A DNA stretch of 64,000 bases from Candidatus Bathyarchaeia archaeon (GCA_049513715.1 JBEKVV010000001.1:512001-576000), one strand, 5' to 3'; positions 9,740 to 19,699 are shown, counted from the stretch's first letter. Translations and numbers: made by a program. Notes: generated by a model from the letters alone, not told the origin.

Positions 9740-11008
9740 TCAACTTGCTAGCTGCAATTTCAAAACCGTCTCATCGTTGATCCTGGGGCCTTTTGTGGGG
9801 TACTGCATATGGTAGTTTGTGATGCGATAGCGCATGCACACTTGTGAAGATAGGCCATCAGTTTTAGCGATCTCTTGAATTGCCAATGGTGTATTAATGC
9901 GATGTCCACGATTAGAGTTACTTCCTACTACAACATATGCAGTTCCTTTCGATTTCTTCAACACTTTGGCTATTTCACCTACCCATGCGGTAGTGTCGTT
10001 GAAATACCGTGCCAGTTCAGTTGCTTCCGATGTGAACCCTGAGCGTTTCAGGTATGAGTACATTCTACGTACAGAACTTGTTAGAGAACCCATGTCTGGG
10101 TCGTCTAAACTCATGCCAAGAAACTCGTGGCGGAGCTTGTGAAGTGATTCTTCATCAACCATTCCCAGCCAGAAGTATTCGAGCTTGTGTCTTCGCCAAT
10201 ACTCGATTGCAGACATGTAGCATGGTGACGTAATAATCAAGTCGGGCCAGATATCAAGTCTTGAGCAGATTTCGCTCCACTTTTTAGCATCCGCGTTGAC
10301 AAGCTTTATTCTTCCCAACGGATTCTTTCGCATTTGTTGATACCCACGCGCGAGGAGAGCGCTTTTCTTGGAGAGCTCCTTTTCAATGCTAAACTTGAGC
10401 CCTGAAGCCAGAGCTTCTCGCCTGACTCTTGTGACCTCAAGTCCGCTTGATGTCTGCGGGTCTGCCCGTGAGATCTTACGTACAACCGATGCGAAGAGCG
10501 CCAGCAATGTATCCTTTCGGCGACCAGTGTTCTCGAGGTGAGCTATTTGCTGTAGCACTTTGCATATGTTGACGGCAACGTATGGTTTGAACCAATGGAA
10601 CACGTTTGGGGGGGCTCTAAAAGGGGTCGAATCCTCAAGATTGTGTATGTACTTCAAGGCGTTAGCTCTCTTGACGCCAGGCTTTGCAAATGGCTTACTT
10701 TCTTTCAGGACTGACGCAACAGTGTTGACGAGCCAGTCGGGATCGACAGGTCTAGCCTTCGCTCTAGTCAGTAAACAGGCCAATGGATCTATGTCGGAGA
10801 AGAGGCCTGCTTTCCCCGCAAAAGTTGTTTCGACGGCCACGGTTCCGCATCCGGCCATGGGGTCTCCAATCACCCTCGATTTGGGGTGCTTGCTGATTAG
10901 GTACGTTACGAGGGGCGGGTGAAATCGGCCAGGAAATCTGAACAGACCATGTGTGAGAGTTCGTGGATTCCTATAAGACGTCAAAGTCAAGGGTTTAAGT
11001 TGCGACAA
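9740..11008 (-). CDS. DNA amino-methyltransferase (N4-C/N6-A, alpha motif order) with variant SPCY motif
   Basis: THGLFRFPGRF, DPMAGCGT (motif I), DLIITSPCY (motif IV variant of SPPY). Confidence 0.8.
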   Translation of the reverse strand: MSQLKPLTLTSYRNPRTLTHGLFRFPGRFHPPLVTYLISKHPKSRVIGDPMAGCGTVAVETTFAGKAGLFSDIDPLACLLTRAKARPVDPDWLVNTVASVLKESKPFAKPGVKRANALKYIHNLEDSTPFRAPPNVFHWFKPYVAVNICKVLQQIAHLENTGRRKDTLLALFASVVRKISRADPQTSSGLEVTRVRREALASGLKFSIEKELSKKSALLARGYQQMRKNPLGRIKLVNADAKKWSEICSRLDIWPDLIITSPCYMSAIEYWRRHKLEYFWLGMVDEESLHKLRHEFLGMSLDDPDMGSLTSSVRRMYSYLKRSGFTSEATELARYFNDTTAWVGEIAKVLKKSKGTAYVVVGSNSNRGHRINTPLAIQEIAKTDGLSSQVCMRYRITNYHMQYPTKGPRINDETVLKLQLAS

Positions 11009-11039
11009 TCCGGTTACCTTTCTCTATCCAAACCAGAAA

Positions 11040-13502
11040 TCATGGCGATTCTTGTGACGTGCTCTTCTTTGTAATCCTTTGGAGGCTCTGTTGGAACCGG
11101 TCGATTACAATCTCAGGTTTAGAATTAAGTTCAACACGGTCACCGTAAACGAAAATTAGGCCAGGGAGCAGGCGTGATAGGGCATAGAGCCAATCTTTGA
11201 TTTGCCATTCAGGAGCGTCAAGTGGTTCGCCTACTTTGGGACTGTGCTTAATGGCTCCTATGGATGGTGGGTCCGCAGGGTGCTCCTTTTGGAGCTTGTA
11301 GATCCTCTCTAGCATCGCGCCGATGTCAGGTAAAGTCCTTTGATCTGAGCAAAACTTGCTTATCCACCCATGCGCCTCTTCAGGTGAACGGCATGTTTCG
11401 AAAAGGTTTTCCAATTCACTCAGCGAAAGAGGTTTCACTCCGGATGCTTCAACAAGACGCGCAAAATCTCGAGCTCGAATCAAGGTAACGTTCGCTTTTT
11501 TGGCCTCTTTGACTGCTTTCGACTTCTCACCGAGTGTCGTTGTCTCGAAATCAGATCCTATTACCGCAGCATAATCTGCTTTGTAATCATCCCTATGTCG
11601 ATCGACCGTGGACATTCGGATGTCGCCCGACTTAACCTTCTCGTGGCCGGTGGACTTTGCATCATAAGTGACCGAGTAGGAACGAGTCTCCAATTTCCCA
11701 GTTTGATCTCCGTAGCGCACAGCCAAGACAGCGGTTGCTAGACCATCGGGTTTTCCGCTTCCGCCAAGTGGGAGAACTTCAAATCCAAGCGCCCTGAATG
11801 CGCTGTGGCTCGCCTCTTCCAGTCCGGACTCGGACGCTACAGATTCGCGTATCTGTTCTGCGATGATCATGACGCTCCGTGGTTTTTCTCTAACCAGAAA
11901 CCGCAGGAACTGGTCTCGTCTCTCGAGCAGTTCACGAACTTCATTTGGCGCCAAGCTAGATTCGTATAAGTACGCTTCCAGCAAAACCTCAGCAGTTCCG
12001 ATGGCTTCCATCCCTTGAAAATCTGCATAATTGACATAGAAGGGGTGGTTGACATTGATTTTTACCGTTCCAGTTGAAGCATCGAAAACAGCCAATGGAT
12101 CCGTTTGGTCAAGTGTGGCAAATTCGGTTTTCTTGATTGTATCTACAACGGTTTTTCCTTCCGGAGGAACTTGTATTGTAATGGGAGTCAATCCCTTGTC
12201 GTGAAGGGCGCGATCTACAGCATGTTTCATGGGGAAACGTGCAAGAGGTCCAGGGATGGCGGCAAGTCGGTCTTCGATCCCCTCCTTCTTATCTCTCTCC
12301 GCCAGGTATTCCTGATACCAATTTCGAATTTCGTTGAACTTTGCCACGAGATATTTCTCAAGGATCAGTCGCTTCTCCTCAGATACGCTCTCTCGACTTG
12401 CAACAAGTTCTCTGTCGAGATCGTTGACATGAATAATTGCGCGTAGGCGATTGAAGGTCGCGTGCGAGAGAACGTGGATCCCGAATAGTGGGTCGTCATG
12501 GTTGACAAGCCGACGACGAACCATTATGAAAAACCCGTGGCTTCTCCCTGTCTCTTCAGATTTGCCGCCAAGTAGCGTCTCTTCATAAAGTGTGAGTTCA
12601 CCAGAGACCTTCCCGACTCCGGGAATTGATATCCAAGAATCAAACGGTTCTAGTTCGTGGGGATCCTCGCCAGCTTTATAATCAAGGTCGTTTGCGACCT
12701 TGTCTTTCTTGCCGACTTGCCATTTCTTCAGACTCTTTTTGGATAGCTTACTCGGAGGCACTTCTTGCCCGTCAAGAAATACATGGAAGTCTGGTACAAG
12801 TGGGAGTGCAGTAGAGATAATCCATCGAAGACGCCCTCGCGAGATTGCTTTAGCTTCAGTCTTAAGATGATCTACTATCACGAGCGTCCAGGATTTGGGA
12901 GCACCATTTCCGAATAATGGTAGAGCGACTCCACCCGGAGGTCCACCAGAGACCGCAAAGTCTAGGAGCCCTTTTGCTTCCACGTCTTGTAATTCTCTTA
13001 CGCTCAAAGTGACTTCCTTGGGCCGTTCCAGCCTCTTGGTGCCAGGGGCTAATTCATCAGGAATAACCTCCGAGAAATCCATAGTCACAGCGAGAATTTG
13101 CTTACCATGCTTGCACACATGACTAATCCTGTGGCCTACGACGTAGCTCGCGAGTTTTCCAATGCCGAATTTGCCAATGGGTAGACGCCCCTTCTTCTCT
13201 GCTCTGCGCTCTCGGTTGGGGTCTCGTTTCGTCGTTTCTGCCACCAACCATAGCTCCCTCAGTCCTTCAAGGTTCATACTCTCTCCGTCGTCCCATACCA
13301 ACACTTTCGCATCGGGATTCTCCCAGTCGTCCGGAAGGATTACTTGACAATTCTGAGCAAACGCGTCGTAGGCGTTGACAACGAGTTCCTCAATAGCCTT
13401 CGCTGGATTGGAGTAAAGGTGACCGGAGAAAAGGTCGATGATTCGATACCCTATGAAGACAGGGAGTGTCCCTATCTGCTTTCCTGCTGTTGTGATATCC
13501 AA
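11040..13502 (-). CDS. MORC-like GHKL ATPase fused to a PD-(D/E)XK (Mrr-like) endonuclease
   Basis: ELVVNAYDA, DDGESM, GKFGIGKL GHKL motifs; S5-like middle region; C-terminal 'LE..F.ALGF...GKPDG...YDAKS' nuclease core. Confidence 0.85.
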   Translation of the reverse strand: MDITTAGKQIGTLPVFIGYRIIDLFSGHLYSNPAKAIEELVVNAYDAFAQNCQVILPDDWENPDAKVLVWDDGESMNLEGLRELWLVAETTKRDPNRERRAEKKGRLPIGKFGIGKLASYVVGHRISHVCKHGKQILAVTMDFSEVIPDELAPGTKRLERPKEVTLSVRELQDVEAKGLLDFAVSGGPPGGVALPLFGNGAPKSWTLVIVDHLKTEAKAISRGRLRWIISTALPLVPDFHVFLDGQEVPPSKLSKKSLKKWQVGKKDKVANDLDYKAGEDPHELEPFDSWISIPGVGKVSGELTLYEETLLGGKSEETGRSHGFFIMVRRRLVNHDDPLFGIHVLSHATFNRLRAIIHVNDLDRELVASRESVSEEKRLILEKYLVAKFNEIRNWYQEYLAERDKKEGIEDRLAAIPGPLARFPMKHAVDRALHDKGLTPITIQVPPEGKTVVDTIKKTEFATLDQTDPLAVFDASTGTVKINVNHPFYVNYADFQGMEAIGTAEVLLEAYLYESSLAPNEVRELLERRDQFLRFLVREKPRSVMIIAEQIRESVASESGLEEASHSAFRALGFEVLPLGGSGKPDGLATAVLAVRYGDQTGKLETRSYSVTYDAKSTGHEKVKSGDIRMSTVDRHRDDYKADYAAVIGSDFETTTLGEKSKAVKEAKKANVTLIRARDFARLVEASGVKPLSLSELENLFETCRSPEEAHGWISKFCSDQRTLPDIGAMLERIYKLQKEHPADPPSIGAIKHSPKVGEPLDAPEWQIKDWLYALSRLLPGLIFVYGDRVELNSKPEIVIDRFQQSLQRITKKSTSQESP

Positions 13503-13577
13503 GTAGATTTCACGTAAAACACTCAGCCGAAGTACTAGATTAGTGTATAATTTCTACCGGTCATGCGCGACCAGAGA

Positions 13578-13600
13578 GAAACTAAGACGAAACTAAGACG
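13578..13600. repeat. 11-bp tandem duplication GAAACTAAGAC x2
   Basis: Direct tandem repeat in the intergenic region upstream of the MORC gene. Confidence 0.7.
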
Positions 13601-13703
13601 GGGAACTCCCACTTGTTACCTTGTAACTGTAGGTCAATGCCAGCGACTTCAGGGACAACATACCGATGTACTTGAGGCTGCTTTAGTACTCTAGAGATTC
13701 CGT

Positions 13704-14198
13704 TCATGGTTCCCATGTGAATCGGTAATCGAGTTTCGGATGAACATAAATTACGGAGACAGGATAACGTTTGTAGTTCCCGCGAGTTGATTTTACGCGG
13801 TCGTAACTAACTTTCAATCGACCTTTTGAAAAGGGCTGGGAAACTCCGCTCGCGTCAAGGATCAACAGAATCCGTGTCCTGGCTTTGTTAGTTGATACCC
13901 GGCATAGTTTGTTGATCTCCGAACGATTCTCAGAGCCATAATGTTGATTGCTGTGAAGTGGGTCACGAACGACTAGTTCTATTACTCTCGGATTCGAAGT
14001 CGCGTATCTGAAATCTATTCTGTCTTGACCTGCCGCAGGAAGGTACTCCCTTTCCATATACCCGAACTTCGTTTCAAGCGCTCCGAATAAAATGTGGTGT
14101 ATGATCCCCTCTTTTCTTCTGTAGTCCATATACTGTTCCGACAATCGGACAGCCATTTTTCCCAGATGGATTAGCCTATCCACTGTGAAACTCACCAT
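13704..14198 (-). CDS. Putative PD-(D/E)XK-fold nuclease
   Basis: E..(helix)..ERE..RIDF..VIELV pattern; the catalytic Lys position is Val. Confidence 0.5.
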   Translation of the reverse strand: MVSFTVDRLIHLGKMAVRLSEQYMDYRRKEGIIHHILFGALETKFGYMEREYLPAAGQDRIDFRYATSNPRVIELVVRDPLHSNQHYGSENRSEINKLCRVSTNKARTRILLILDASGVSQPFSKGRLKVSYDRVKSTRGNYKRYPVSVIYVHPKLDYRFTWEP

Positions 14199-14526
14199 CT
14201 CACAAAATCACTCCGCAAATTCGGGCGTTTCTATTGTCTTTCTGTATTTGATATTGTCTATGCAAAGAATGCCAGCCAAAACGTTAAGAAGCAAAGCATC
14301 GTCAAATCTGAATAGAAATCAGTTGCCGCCAAAACAGCAAGACAGTTCAAGCCATGAACTACTTGGATTTTTTCTGTTCCTAGCATGGGTATTTGCATCT
14401 ATTGAAATCTGGGTTAGCGCTCCTGCTGACTGGCAGTGGTATGGAAAGGGCCTACTGATCGCTATCGTGGGCGCACTTCTAACGGTGTTCTACTACGTTT
14501 TCGAGTCCGTAATGAGGCGCAAATAG
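14185..14526 (+). CDS. Small two-TM membrane protein (start likely internal)
   Basis: Two hydrophobic helices and a basic C-terminus. Confidence 0.45.
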   Translation: MKLTISQNHSANSGVSIVFLYLILSMQRMPAKTLRSKASSNLNRNQLPPKQQDSSSHELLGFFLFLAWVFASIEIWVSAPADWQWYGKGLLIAIVGALLTVFYYVFESVMRRK

Positions 14527-14835
14527 CAACCACACAAATACCCAGATCAAGAACGCTTCAGCAACGATCAGAACAATCATAGCGCTATCCAAAGCGACAC
14601 CAACAGCTAGAGATGCGAAAGCAAACGCATAGATGGGCGTTAGCATTCTGCGTGGCACATATTTCCCTGATATCAGAAATGAGGCTAGAATACTCAGTGC
14701 GGCCAAAGCCGTTGCCATACCCATAATACCATCGTAATTCAGCCAATGTATGAAGATTGGAATGCAAAGCGCGCCTAGCACCATAATCATGCATGACCCA
14801 AGTTGCCGATAGTCAGAACTTGATTCTGATTCCAA
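14479..14835 (-). CDS. Small multi-TM membrane protein
   Basis: About 4 hydrophobic segments in 118 aa. Confidence 0.5.
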   Translation of the reverse strand: MESESSSDYRQLGSCMIMVLGALCIPIFIHWLNYDGIMGMATALAALSILASFLISGKYVPRRMLTPIYAFAFASLAVGVALDSAMIVLIVAEAFLIWVFVWLLFAPHYGLENVVEHR

Positions 14836-15169
14836 GCGTCATCCATAGAAAAATGGGAATATGAACCCCTACATGGCCTTCCTATGCCTAGTCGTCTCTA
14901 GTCAACGCAGTACTAGATCGCGTTCACCATCCTTCGATTATCCCACGTAAGCCCATCTTGCGTAGGTAAATCGACAGTAACTTGAGAAAACCAGGTTTTC
15001 TTATGCCGTAAGTTGGGAAACGGCCAGAAACATCTGCAACGGTTCTTAGATCACGCTTGGCCAGATTGACCATGCCGCTTTGATCGAACGGTCCTAGCTC
15101 TCTAGCGCGACCGTATTGCATATACACTCTATCTGAACTCTATTCAAGCCATCAATCGGGTGTTCGCGT

Positions 15170-16159
15170 ATGGTACGAAAGCAATCGATGCTAGACTATT
15201 CGAGGACCGAGTTAGATTACAAGCCACTCGCCCAAATAGAAGTTAATCGGCTTAACCCTAGGGAACCAGCGGGCAAAGAGGACGTCAGCGATCTCAAGAA
15301 ATCAATTCGTTCAGTTGGCGTCCTCGTACCGTTGCTGGTCTTTCGAAAAAAAAGAACGAAAAACAAGTTTGTTTTGCTGGAAGGTGAACGACGTTACCGC
15401 GCGTGCACTGAACTGTTTGAAGAAACTCGAGAGAAGCGGTTCAGTGAAGTTCCTGTCAATATCCTACGAACACATCCGAGCAAGTTCAAGAACTATCAAA
15501 CAATGTTCAATGTTCATACAAAGAGGAAGAAATGGAGCCGAGCTGCTGAGGCTGAAGCGCTTGGCAAACTCAGGGTAATGGGCAAGAAGCGGGCGAACAA
15601 TACAGGCAAACTCGTCGATTTGACCGGACTGGATGAGACCGCCGTCGAGGAAGATCTGACGTTCCTTAGATTCCCTGACGATCTAAGGAAGCTCGCTTTC
15701 GACGGAAAGCTTCGTGAGTATTATCTCATTTTGCTTGGAAGGAACCTTAAGGTACTTGAAGATATATTTCCGCTGCTATTTGAAAAATACAAGTGGGAAA
15801 CGATCGTTCGAACGCTTATCTTGAAAGTTCAGAATCGCAACATTAGACGAACCAGAGATTTCAATTACCTTTCATCGCTCGCTAAGACCTGCATACAGTT
15901 CAAAGACAAAGATGTGTTCACACGTGCTTTTGACAAGCTGATGACTGAACCAGCGTTCAATATGGATGACATGGCAGCATTTGTTGACCGTGAATTGGGA
16001 TACAGGGCCGATGAGGCATTTAGTGATCACTGCAAGGCCTTTGCAGAATCCCTCTCTTCACATTTGAAACATAGGAATTACAAGGTCCAGAAGAAAACAC
16101 TGGAAATCCTGCTTAAGATTGCAGAAGAGATAGCGAGACTAAATTCAGAATCGACCTAG
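15170..16159 (+). CDS. ParB/Sulfiredoxin-like N-terminal domain protein
   Basis: NPR...LKKSIRSVGVLVPLLV...LLEGERRYRAC ParB motif, followed by an HTH-like region. Confidence 0.85.
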   Translation: MVRKQSMLDYSRTELDYKPLAQIEVNRLNPREPAGKEDVSDLKKSIRSVGVLVPLLVFRKKRTKNKFVLLEGERRYRACTELFEETREKRFSEVPVNILRTHPSKFKNYQTMFNVHTKRKKWSRAAEAEALGKLRVMGKKRANNTGKLVDLTGLDETAVEEDLTFLRFPDDLRKLAFDGKLREYYLILLGRNLKVLEDIFPLLFEKYKWETIVRTLILKVQNRNIRRTRDFNYLSSLAKTCIQFKDKDVFTRAFDKLMTEPAFNMDDMAAFVDRELGYRADEAFSDHCKAFAESLSSHLKHRNYKVQKKTLEILLKIAEEIARLNSEST

Positions 16160-16161
16160 GG

Positions 16162-17247
16162 TTGGCAACTATGGTCGCAAAGGCGAAACAAAAGAGCATG
16201 CTCCGACACCAACGCAAGCTGAATCACAGTATTCCTGATATTGTCCTCCTCCAAGTCAAATCTCTTAAATTCGTCAGGTACCGAGCACTCCTGGAAAGTT
16301 TCGCAACAGAATATTACAAGACCAATTTCCCCGGTCCTCGGGATGAGTTCAGATTCATTATCAAGTATGAAGAAGCGCTCGTGAGCCACTGCACCGATGC
16401 CAGGCTGTTCAACGAACTCCACGGCTTAATGGACGAGGACTTGGCGGCCTTAGGTGCGGCCCGCATGTTGGAAAAGTCGTACCGAAATCATTTCGCTCAC
16501 TCATTTCAGGATTTCCTAACTGGGACAGTTGTGATAGACAAGTTCTACGAAACCTTCGTCAAATGGTATTCTCCGAACCTGAATGCGAATTTGAGATCTA
16601 GCGTTGAATCATCTTGGCTTCTTACCACCATCCTTCACGACCGCTACCGACCAGTCTCGAAATATGGGGATATGATACGAAGAGGACTTACCATTCGGCC
16701 TCCAAGAGTTGAAGACCATCCCTTGATCGCCAAACGATTGGCTTCAATGTACCGGCATCTACAATCAGGAAACTCACTTGAGAATTGGGTGATTGATGGA
16801 TCAAACACAGACCCTTTGGTTGATATTTTGCTCAAGCATGCCGATTGCGATAATCACGCCATATGTGCCGCATTATCATTGCCCTATTATGATCTTCAGA
16901 TTGATGATCCAACGCTGTATGCATCTGCCTTGGCGATCGCCTTGCACAACTCACAGCCAAGGGAAGATTTGTTGGCGGCAAAGGTATTTCCTGTGTGCAT
17001 GGAGAGATTTCCACTAGTTACGCTTCTTAGCTATATCGACGCCGTTCAAGAGTGGGATAGATCAGAAGACTCAAACGACACACTAATTGATATTCGATTC
17101 GACAACAACGAAGTTCTGTTCGAAGTGTCTTTTGATAGTCCTAAGGCAGCACGTGGTAAGGCGGAAGAACTTGAGAAGGTCTCAGCCTGCATCGTTCACC
17201 CTTCTCCCATAAGACTTGGCTTCGTAAGCAAGGTCCTTGTGGCATGA
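16162..17247 (+). CDS. HD-domain metal-dependent phosphohydrolase
   Basis: RNHFAHS, ILHD, DNH, AIALHN, DAVQEWDR motifs; starts 2 nt after the ParB-like stop. Confidence 0.75.
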   Translation: MATMVAKAKQKSMLRHQRKLNHSIPDIVLLQVKSLKFVRYRALLESFATEYYKTNFPGPRDEFRFIIKYEEALVSHCTDARLFNELHGLMDEDLAALGAARMLEKSYRNHFAHSFQDFLTGTVVIDKFYETFVKWYSPNLNANLRSSVESSWLLTTILHDRYRPVSKYGDMIRRGLTIRPPRVEDHPLIAKRLASMYRHLQSGNSLENWVIDGSNTDPLVDILLKHADCDNHAICAALSLPYYDLQIDDPTLYASALAIALHNSQPREDLLAAKVFPVCMERFPLVTLLSYIDAVQEWDRSEDSNDTLIDIRFDNNEVLFEVSFDSPKAARGKAEELEKVSACIVHPSPIRLGFVSKVLVA

Positions 17248-17266
17248 CCAGGTATGGCTAGCGAGC

Positions 17267-18592
17267 TCAGGCGAGCTTTCCTTTCTTGAGGAAAAGAATG
17301 TGCTCAGATCGCATTACATTTTGTATTCCCTCAATTGGGCGCTCGAACCTTTGAATCAGATTGAGGCTATGTTGCTGCCCAATCTTGACCATTTCATCCT
17401 CAAGCTTTATGCCGGTGGCGTTCAAGACCTTCTCAAGCTGTACGGTATTCGAACCGATTATTATTACTGCAAAATGGTCTTGTTTTAGCACTCGAGCCAT
17501 TTCACCTATGGCTTTGTTCATGTCTTCGATGTATGTGTGCACTTGATTTTTCAATCCGGTTCCTCTCAACCCAATCATTGTGTCACGAAGTGATTTGACA
17601 TCATACCCTAGATATTGCAGCTGAGAAGCATCAGCTTTGATGTAGTCAATTGCAAATGAGTATGGAGGAGAAGTAACTATGCCGTCCACGGAGTCAGGAG
17701 CGAGGTCCCTCATTTCTCGTGCGTCACCAAGCTCGATCTTAGCACTACCGAGTCGTAGGCGTAATCGATCGCGAACGTCCAAGAAATTGCGAATTGCTGT
17801 AACATACCTCTGAAGGACGATAGGTAGGAGCTCTTCCAAACTCTTGGTCTTGACTCTAGTAGAGTATCCAATCGCATCCAAGTAGCAAAGGAGAATTATT
17901 GGATGAATTTCAGTTAGCTTCAATTCCTTCGGCTTTTCTGAACTCCTAACCAAGCCTTCACGACGATTTGACAAAGCGCGGAAAGCAGATTTCGCCGACG
18001 ATTCGAGCTCCGACAGTTTCTCATTCGTCAGAAACAGTCCATCTGCCTTAGCTTTTGCCATAAAGACTGCAAAAGGATTCATGTCGAAACCGATTGAATC
18101 TACACCGACCACTGAGGCCTCGATATTGGTTGTTCCGCTGCCTGTCATAGGATCCAGGACAACATCACCACGTCTTAGGCCGATAATGTTCATGATGCCT
18201 TTGATCAATTGCGGGTGGAATTTCCCTCTGTAAGGAAACAAACCGTGGGTTGCATAACTTGTCTTGAACTTGAACACATTGAAGAAGGCCTTCATTCTGA
18301 ATGACCCTTGGTCAACCAGAAGCGGCGCACCCGAGCATAGCTTGTAGTGAACGGTTTCTCTTCCATCAATCTTGGCGAAGTATGCACTCCTTTCTACTGC
18401 GTCGTCCTTGCTAAGTACCGAGGCTTCTGCAAGGGCCAAATCAAGCTCATAGATGCTATTCAAGCCAGGCACGAGTTCGTACCCTTCTGGCAAAACCCTC
18501 ATTCGTACATCAGGCACCAATGACCTGGCTATTTCCTCGGCCTTCAATGAACTTCCTCGAGGCAGGGATTGCACCACATAACTCTTAAGCAA
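17267..18592 (-). CDS. DNA amino-methyltransferase (SPPY, probable N4-cytosine, alpha motif order); true start may be ATG 18502
   Basis: THGLFPYRGKF, DPMTGSGTT, DGIVTSPPY. Confidence 0.85.
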   Translation of the reverse strand: MLKSYVVQSLPRGSSLKAEEIARSLVPDVRMRVLPEGYELVPGLNSIYELDLALAEASVLSKDDAVERSAYFAKIDGRETVHYKLCSGAPLLVDQGSFRMKAFFNVFKFKTSYATHGLFPYRGKFHPQLIKGIMNIIGLRRGDVVLDPMTGSGTTNIEASVVGVDSIGFDMNPFAVFMAKAKADGLFLTNEKLSELESSAKSAFRALSNRREGLVRSSEKPKELKLTEIHPIILLCYLDAIGYSTRVKTKSLEELLPIVLQRYVTAIRNFLDVRDRLRLRLGSAKIELGDAREMRDLAPDSVDGIVTSPPYSFAIDYIKADASQLQYLGYDVKSLRDTMIGLRGTGLKNQVHTYIEDMNKAIGEMARVLKQDHFAVIIIGSNTVQLEKVLNATGIKLEDEMVKIGQQHSLNLIQRFERPIEGIQNVMRSEHILFLKKGKLA

Positions 18593-18632
18593 TATGAGTC
18601 GAGCAGTACGAGTGAATCAATGTGGCATCCTC

Positions 18633-19247
18633 TTGAAGCTTTGCAGAACTGAGATCTTGATCGATCGAGGGCAATTCTCTGCAAGCGCTGACTGGGCTAA
18701 GGTTCACGCTGAGATTGAGAACGCCATCAGATCCATGGATTGGCCACCGGGATCTGGCAAATTCACATTGTATGATGACGTTGGCAAAGGAACGGGGGAG
18801 GGTAATGGGGTGAAGCCGATCAAAGAAATGTTTGTGCGAAAACTTCGCCAGGAAGGGAAAGGATGGGAGCCTGAGGTGAAGCTTGAGATCCCAGCTCGCA
18901 TATCTCCTGGTCCAATAGATGTTATGCGAAAGATCGGTTCCAAAGAGTTTGCTGTTGAATGGGAAACTGGGAATATCTCTTCGAGTCATCGAGCTATGAA
19001 CAAACTCGCGATGGGTCTGTTGAAAGGCGTTCTCATAGGTGGTACTCTGATAATGCCTACTCGGAAGATGTACACTTACCTTACAGACCGCGTTGGAAGC
19101 TTTGAGGAACTCTCGCCGTATTTTGACATCTGGAAATCCATATCTGTAGATGAAGGGCTGCTTGCCGTCATGGCCGTAGAACATGATGAGGTCAGCAGGG
19201 ACGTACCGAGATTTCCCAAAGGAACTAACGGAAGACATGCCCGATAA
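18633..19247 (+). CDS. Type II restriction endonuclease, BamHI family
   Basis: NGVKPIKE, GPIDV, EWETGNISSSHRAMNKL, YLTDRVGSFEEL closely match remembered BamHI signatures; start placed at in-frame TTG 18633 (ORF track begins 18594). Confidence 0.9.
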   Translation: MKLCRTEILIDRGQFSASADWAKVHAEIENAIRSMDWPPGSGKFTLYDDVGKGTGEGNGVKPIKEMFVRKLRQEGKGWEPEVKLEIPARISPGPIDVMRKIGSKEFAVEWETGNISSSHRAMNKLAMGLLKGVLIGGTLIMPTRKMYTYLTDRVGSFEELSPYFDIWKSISVDEGLLAVMAVEHDEVSRDVPRFPKGTNGRHAR

Positions 19248-19372
19248 TCAAACCTCCGAATGATTAATCGGAAAACTGCCACGCCGGTCAGCATCGACAA
19301 TCGAATGACACGAAGCACAGAGTAAAATGACCGTGTGCATTTCGTCGAAGATCTGCTTGAAACTCAAAGTAG

Positions 19373-19564
19373 TCAAGCCAGCCTCGTAGTTTCTTTTTCT
19401 CTTTCGCGGATCTCTATGAGTTCATTGAGTAGCTTACTCACAAACCCGCTGAAGCTCCTGACGCCTTGCAATCGGTAGCGCTCCCTATCCTTCTCCCAAA
19501 ACTTGCGGTAGTAATTGTACACGTCGTCGGGCACTGTTATCGACTTGTAGCCTTCCCGTGGCAA
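19373..19564 (-). CDS. Small ribbon-helix-helix-like regulator
   Basis: YKSITVPDDVY...SFSGFVSKLL RHH pattern. Confidence 0.65.
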   Translation of the reverse strand: MPREGYKSITVPDDVYNYYRKFWEKDRERYRLQGVRSFSGFVSKLLNELIEIREREKETTRLA

Positions 19565-19699
19565 TCATGTTCAATCCTTTATGCTGGTAGCTGCTGCTTC
19601 GAGATCCCAAGCCAGTAATGCGGAAACTGTGACTTGCCGTGCGTCATACGGGAGCCCTCCCTATGTTTCTCATGGGCTAAATCGTGGAACTCTGCGAGG

